The notes below the pieces were generated by a model, which was given only the letters and a program-made list of their open reading frames with translations, did not search any database and was not told the origin of the DNA. DNA of 64,000 nt. Origin: Bacilli bacterium (GTDB lineage: Bacteria; Bacillota_I; Bacilli_A; RF39; UBA660). The DNA is taken from the NCBI GenBank assembly GCA_900772415.1, contig CAAHEC010000058.1, positions 4,762 to 68,761 on the forward strand. The letters are read 5' to 3'. Made by a program: the position numbers and the translations under genes. Positions 61,172 through 64,000 of the stretch are shown here, piece after piece (positions within the stretch are counted from its first letter, which is position 1; every line of letters starts with the position of its first letter).

Positions 61172-62878
61172 ATGGGACGAGGTTTATATATAGGTACTAT
61201 AATTATTTTAATATTATTAATTATAATTGTTTTTAAAATTATATATAAAAAAAAGAAAGCAAGTAGCATAGAAAAAATTATAAATAAATTAGAAAAAGAA
61301 AAAAATTTACTTATTAATGTACCTGTTTTGAATGAACTTAATAAGGTAGAGGCTTTGGTTAAAAACAACAAATTAGAGGAGAAATATAAAACTTGGAAGT
61401 TAAAATTTGAAGTAATAGAAAAAGAAACTATCCCAGAAGTAAATGACATGTTAATTGAAACGGATTTTTTAACTGATAAGGGAAAAACAAGTGAAACATA
61501 TGAAAAAATATCAGATATAGAAATTAAATTATATGAAATTAAGTTTAAAATTAAAAAAATAATGTCTGAAATTAAAGAAATTACTCAAAGTGAAGAACGA
61601 AATAGAAGTACTATAACAAAACTAAAAGCAACTTATAGAAAATTAAAGAAACGTTTTGAAGAAACCAAAAGTGATTATGAAGAAACCGCAAAAACCATAG
61701 AACTTCAATTTGAAACCATAGAAAAACGCTTCGAAGAATTTGAAACTGTAATGGAAAAGAAAGATTATGAAGAAGTTATATACGTTGTAAAAGGTTTAAC
61801 AGAAATGATTGAACATATGAGTATAGTAATTAAGGAGATCCCAGAAATCATGTTAATGGGTAAAAGCCTTATACCTAAAAGAACTGAAGATATATCTTCT
61901 TTATATATAAAAATGACCAGAGAAAATTACCAATTAGATTATTTAAATGTGGAATATAACATAATGGAAACCGAAAAAAAAGTAAATGCTATTTTTGATA
62001 GAGTAAGAGTACTTAATCTAGAAGATGTTACTTTTGAACTTAAAACAATACTTGATTATTATGACTCATTATTTAATGATTTTGAGACTGAAAAAATTAC
62101 TAGAAAGTATTATGAAGAAGGCATAAAAGATTTTGATAGCAAAAATAAGCATGTAAATAAAATATTAAGTACCATGAAGGATAATATTCCTGAAATGAAA
62201 AAAAATTATAATATAACTGATGAAACATTAGATGCAATAAAAGAATTTTCAAGTGAATTTAATGAAATTAATAAAGATTATGATAAATTAATAACGCTAG
62301 ATAAAAACCATTCGTTTCCTTATTCAAAACTTAATCAAGAACTTGAAATAATATCACTTAAACTTTCTAAATTAAATGAAAAATTGAATAGTTTATTACA
62401 AAGAGTGGGTAATCTAAGAGATGATGAAGAACGAGCAAAAGGACAATTAGAGGATATTAAACTTTTACTTAAGAAGTCAAAATATCAAATTAGGAAAAAC
62501 AGATTGCCTATCATACCTGATAATTATTATGTCGAATTAAAGGAAGCTTCTCTTGCTATTTCAGAAATACAAAAAGAGTTATCAAAAAAACCAATTGATG
62601 TTGATGTGTTAAATGTTAGAGTTGATACTGCAAGAGATTTAGTTTTTAAACTCCATAATACAACATCAGAGTTAGTACGTTTAGCTCTTCTTTCGGAATA
62701 TGCAATAGTTTATGGTAATAGATATCGCTCATCTAAACAAGCAATTAATGAGGGATTAAATAAAGCAGAAAAATTATTTTTTAATGGAGAATATAAAAAA
62801 TCGTTGGATTTAAGTATAAGCACACTTGATGTTGTAGAACCAGGTATACATAAAAAGATTTTAAATTATAGTAAGTAG
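61172..62878 (+). CDS. ezrA: Septation ring formation regulator EzrA
   Basis: A single N-terminal TM (IGTIIILILLIIIVFKII) followed by about 540 aa of coiled coil. The N-terminal NVPVLNELNKVEAL...KYKTWKLKFE pattern is typical of EzrA. Confidence 0.8.
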   Translation: MGRGLYIGTIIILILLIIIVFKIIYKKKKASSIEKIINKLEKEKNLLINVPVLNELNKVEALVKNNKLEEKYKTWKLKFEVIEKETIPEVNDMLIETDFLTDKGKTSETYEKISDIEIKLYEIKFKIKKIMSEIKEITQSEERNRSTITKLKATYRKLKKRFEETKSDYEETAKTIELQFETIEKRFEEFETVMEKKDYEEVIYVVKGLTEMIEHMSIVIKEIPEIMLMGKSLIPKRTEDISSLYIKMTRENYQLDYLNVEYNIMETEKKVNAIFDRVRVLNLEDVTFELKTILDYYDSLFNDFETEKITRKYYEEGIKDFDSKNKHVNKILSTMKDNIPEMKKNYNITDETLDAIKEFSSEFNEINKDYDKLITLDKNHSFPYSKLNQELEIISLKLSKLNEKLNSLLQRVGNLRDDEERAKGQLEDIKLLLKKSKYQIRKNRLPIIPDNYYVELKEASLAISEIQKELSKKPIDVDVLNVRVDTARDLVFKLHNTTSELVRLALLSEYAIVYGNRYRSSKQAINEGLNKAEKLFFNGEYKKSLDLSISTLDVVEPGIHKKILNYSK

Positions 62879-62886
62879 GTGTAAAT

Positions 62887-63834
62887 ATGAAAGAATGGTT
62901 ATTAAAAGAAGATAAAAAAAATAAAGTAGGTAGGCCACGTCTTGCGGATAGCATAGTATTAAAAAAGGCTGTTTATTTGCTTATATTTTCTTTTATTTTG
63001 TCTTTCATACTTATTTTTGGATTTATATGTGAAATTAAAAACGTAAATCCAGTCACTTATGCATACTCTTTAACATTAGAAAAATTGGTTGGTAATATAA
63101 GAGGGGATAAAAACTTTTTAGTTACTGAAAGCTATTTAAAAAATGGTGACTTTATAATAAAATTTAAACCACAAGAAAAGGTATTACAATACCAGGGTAA
63201 ATATAAATACGTTTTATATAGATTATCTGACTCTAAATTTAAAAAAGTGAAGGAAGAAACCTTTGATATTAATACTAAGGAATTTAGTGTTAAAGTAAAA
63301 AGAAATATAAATGAAAATGACACATATAAAATTAATTTATATGTGTTAAATGCATCTAAAATAGAGGATTCTTTTGCACCTTCTGGTTTTACATTTTCAA
63401 ATTCTGAAAATCAAAATGAAATGTATAGTTACAAAATTTTTACGGTAAAAGGCAAATATAGTCCAGTTAGCAATAAAGAATTAAAAAATAAAAAAGATAA
63501 TAAAATTAATGTTACAACAGATTACGTAAATCCTAGAAAATTTAATGTTGAAGTACCCAATTACTCATATAATATATTAGTGAAATACACTGATGAATCT
63601 TCTAAAGATATTATTTTAGCAGATTATAAAAACTTAAATGGTCCATCAAGTTATGTAGTGCCTTGCGTAAATAAGGTAAGTAATGTAACCATCATGATAT
63701 GGCCAAATATTAAAACAAAAGATGAAATAGAAGATATAAAATTATCATCTTGGGCTATAAAGCAAGATAAAAATAATAATTATTATATATCAAATACATA
63801 TTTATTAAAGCCAGAAATGGCCTACGAAGACTAA
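62887..63834 (+). CDS. Hypothetical membrane-anchored protein
   Basis: 315 aa. N-terminal basic segment (KVGRPRLAD), one TM, then a beta-rich extracytoplasmic part. No motif. Confidence 0.45.
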   Translation: MKEWLLKEDKKNKVGRPRLADSIVLKKAVYLLIFSFILSFILIFGFICEIKNVNPVTYAYSLTLEKLVGNIRGDKNFLVTESYLKNGDFIIKFKPQEKVLQYQGKYKYVLYRLSDSKFKKVKEETFDINTKEFSVKVKRNINENDTYKINLYVLNASKIEDSFAPSGFTFSNSENQNEMYSYKIFTVKGKYSPVSNKELKNKKDNKINVTTDYVNPRKFNVEVPNYSYNILVKYTDESSKDIILADYKNLNGPSSYVVPCVNKVSNVTIMIWPNIKTKDEIEDIKLSSWAIKQDKNNNYYISNTYLLKPEMAYED

Positions 63835-63850
63835 TTAGTTAGTCTTTTTT
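63828..63850 (+). terminator. Intrinsic terminator
   Basis: agactaa (63828-63834) / ttagtct (63839-63845) plus T6. Overlaps the stop codon. Confidence 0.7.
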
Positions 63851-63889
63851 ATTATAATCTTCATATTATTTATTAGGTGATTAAATATT

Positions 63890-64000
63890 ATGTTTAAAAG
63901 CACTATAAAATTATTAAGCTTACTTCTTCTTTTAATATTTAGTTTTATATATACTGATAAAGTGTTTGATGAAGCAAGAAAAAATGATCCCCTAATGAAA
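63890..64000 (+). CDS. Hypothetical secreted or membrane protein, 3' end cut by the window edge
   Basis: ATG 63890 with RBS aggtga. Signal-peptide-like MFKSTIKLLSLLLLLIFSFIY. Confidence 0.4.
   Translation, partial: MFKSTIKLLSLLLLLIFSFIYTDKVFDEARKNDPLMK

Noticed and set aside
60718-61449. ORFs 60718-60900 (-) and 61108-61449 (-) lie around the rpsD leader and antisense to ezrA.
   Set aside because: The first overlaps the rpsD start and leader. The second is antisense to the ezrA 5' end. Neither has an RBS or a recognisable motif.

Overview
This is an AT-rich chromosomal segment (roughly 25-30% GC by eye, not computed) from a low-GC, spore-forming Bacillota. It uses the standard code, with TGA as a stop at 5256-5258 and 16495-16497. 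Gene order follows conserved Bacillus-type blocks: rpsT-gpr-spoIIP-yqxA, lepA-hemW-hrcA-grpE-dnaK-dnaJ, rsmE-mtaB, recD2, alaS-mltG, era-yqzL-recO-glyQS and rpsD/ezrA. RNase HIII and EzrA suggest a Bacilli or Erysipelotrichia-like lineage, which is an inference. Most of the roughly 60 genes are housekeeping. Four T-box leaders (Trp, Met, Ala, Gly) are recognisable, and each has an antiterminator bulge base matching the discriminator of its cognate tRNA. I found no rRNA, tRNA, CRISPR array, IS element or prophage. The main accessory feature is a compact retron cassette at 35287-36466: promoter, msr/msd-like ncRNA with flanking inverted repeats, a 316-aa retron-type reverse transcriptase, and its own terminator. 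It has no recognisable co-transcribed effector. It sits in a mosaic stretch that interrupts the dnaJ to rsmE synteny, next to a second MurE-like ligase, a decayed thyA remnant and a stand-alone Clp-D1-type AAA+ ATPase. Other points worth a second look: two very large modular type IV pilin-like proteins with no assembly genes nearby; two T-box operons whose first cistron is not the aaRS (a T4 gp1-like dNMP kinase before alaS, an unknown 218-aa ORF before glyQS); a SigA-like sigma factor with a long C-terminal extension; a PemK/MazF-like plus sigma-like gene pair; and two gene remnants (thyA, yhcG). All protein calls rest on motif recognition by eye, with no database search.
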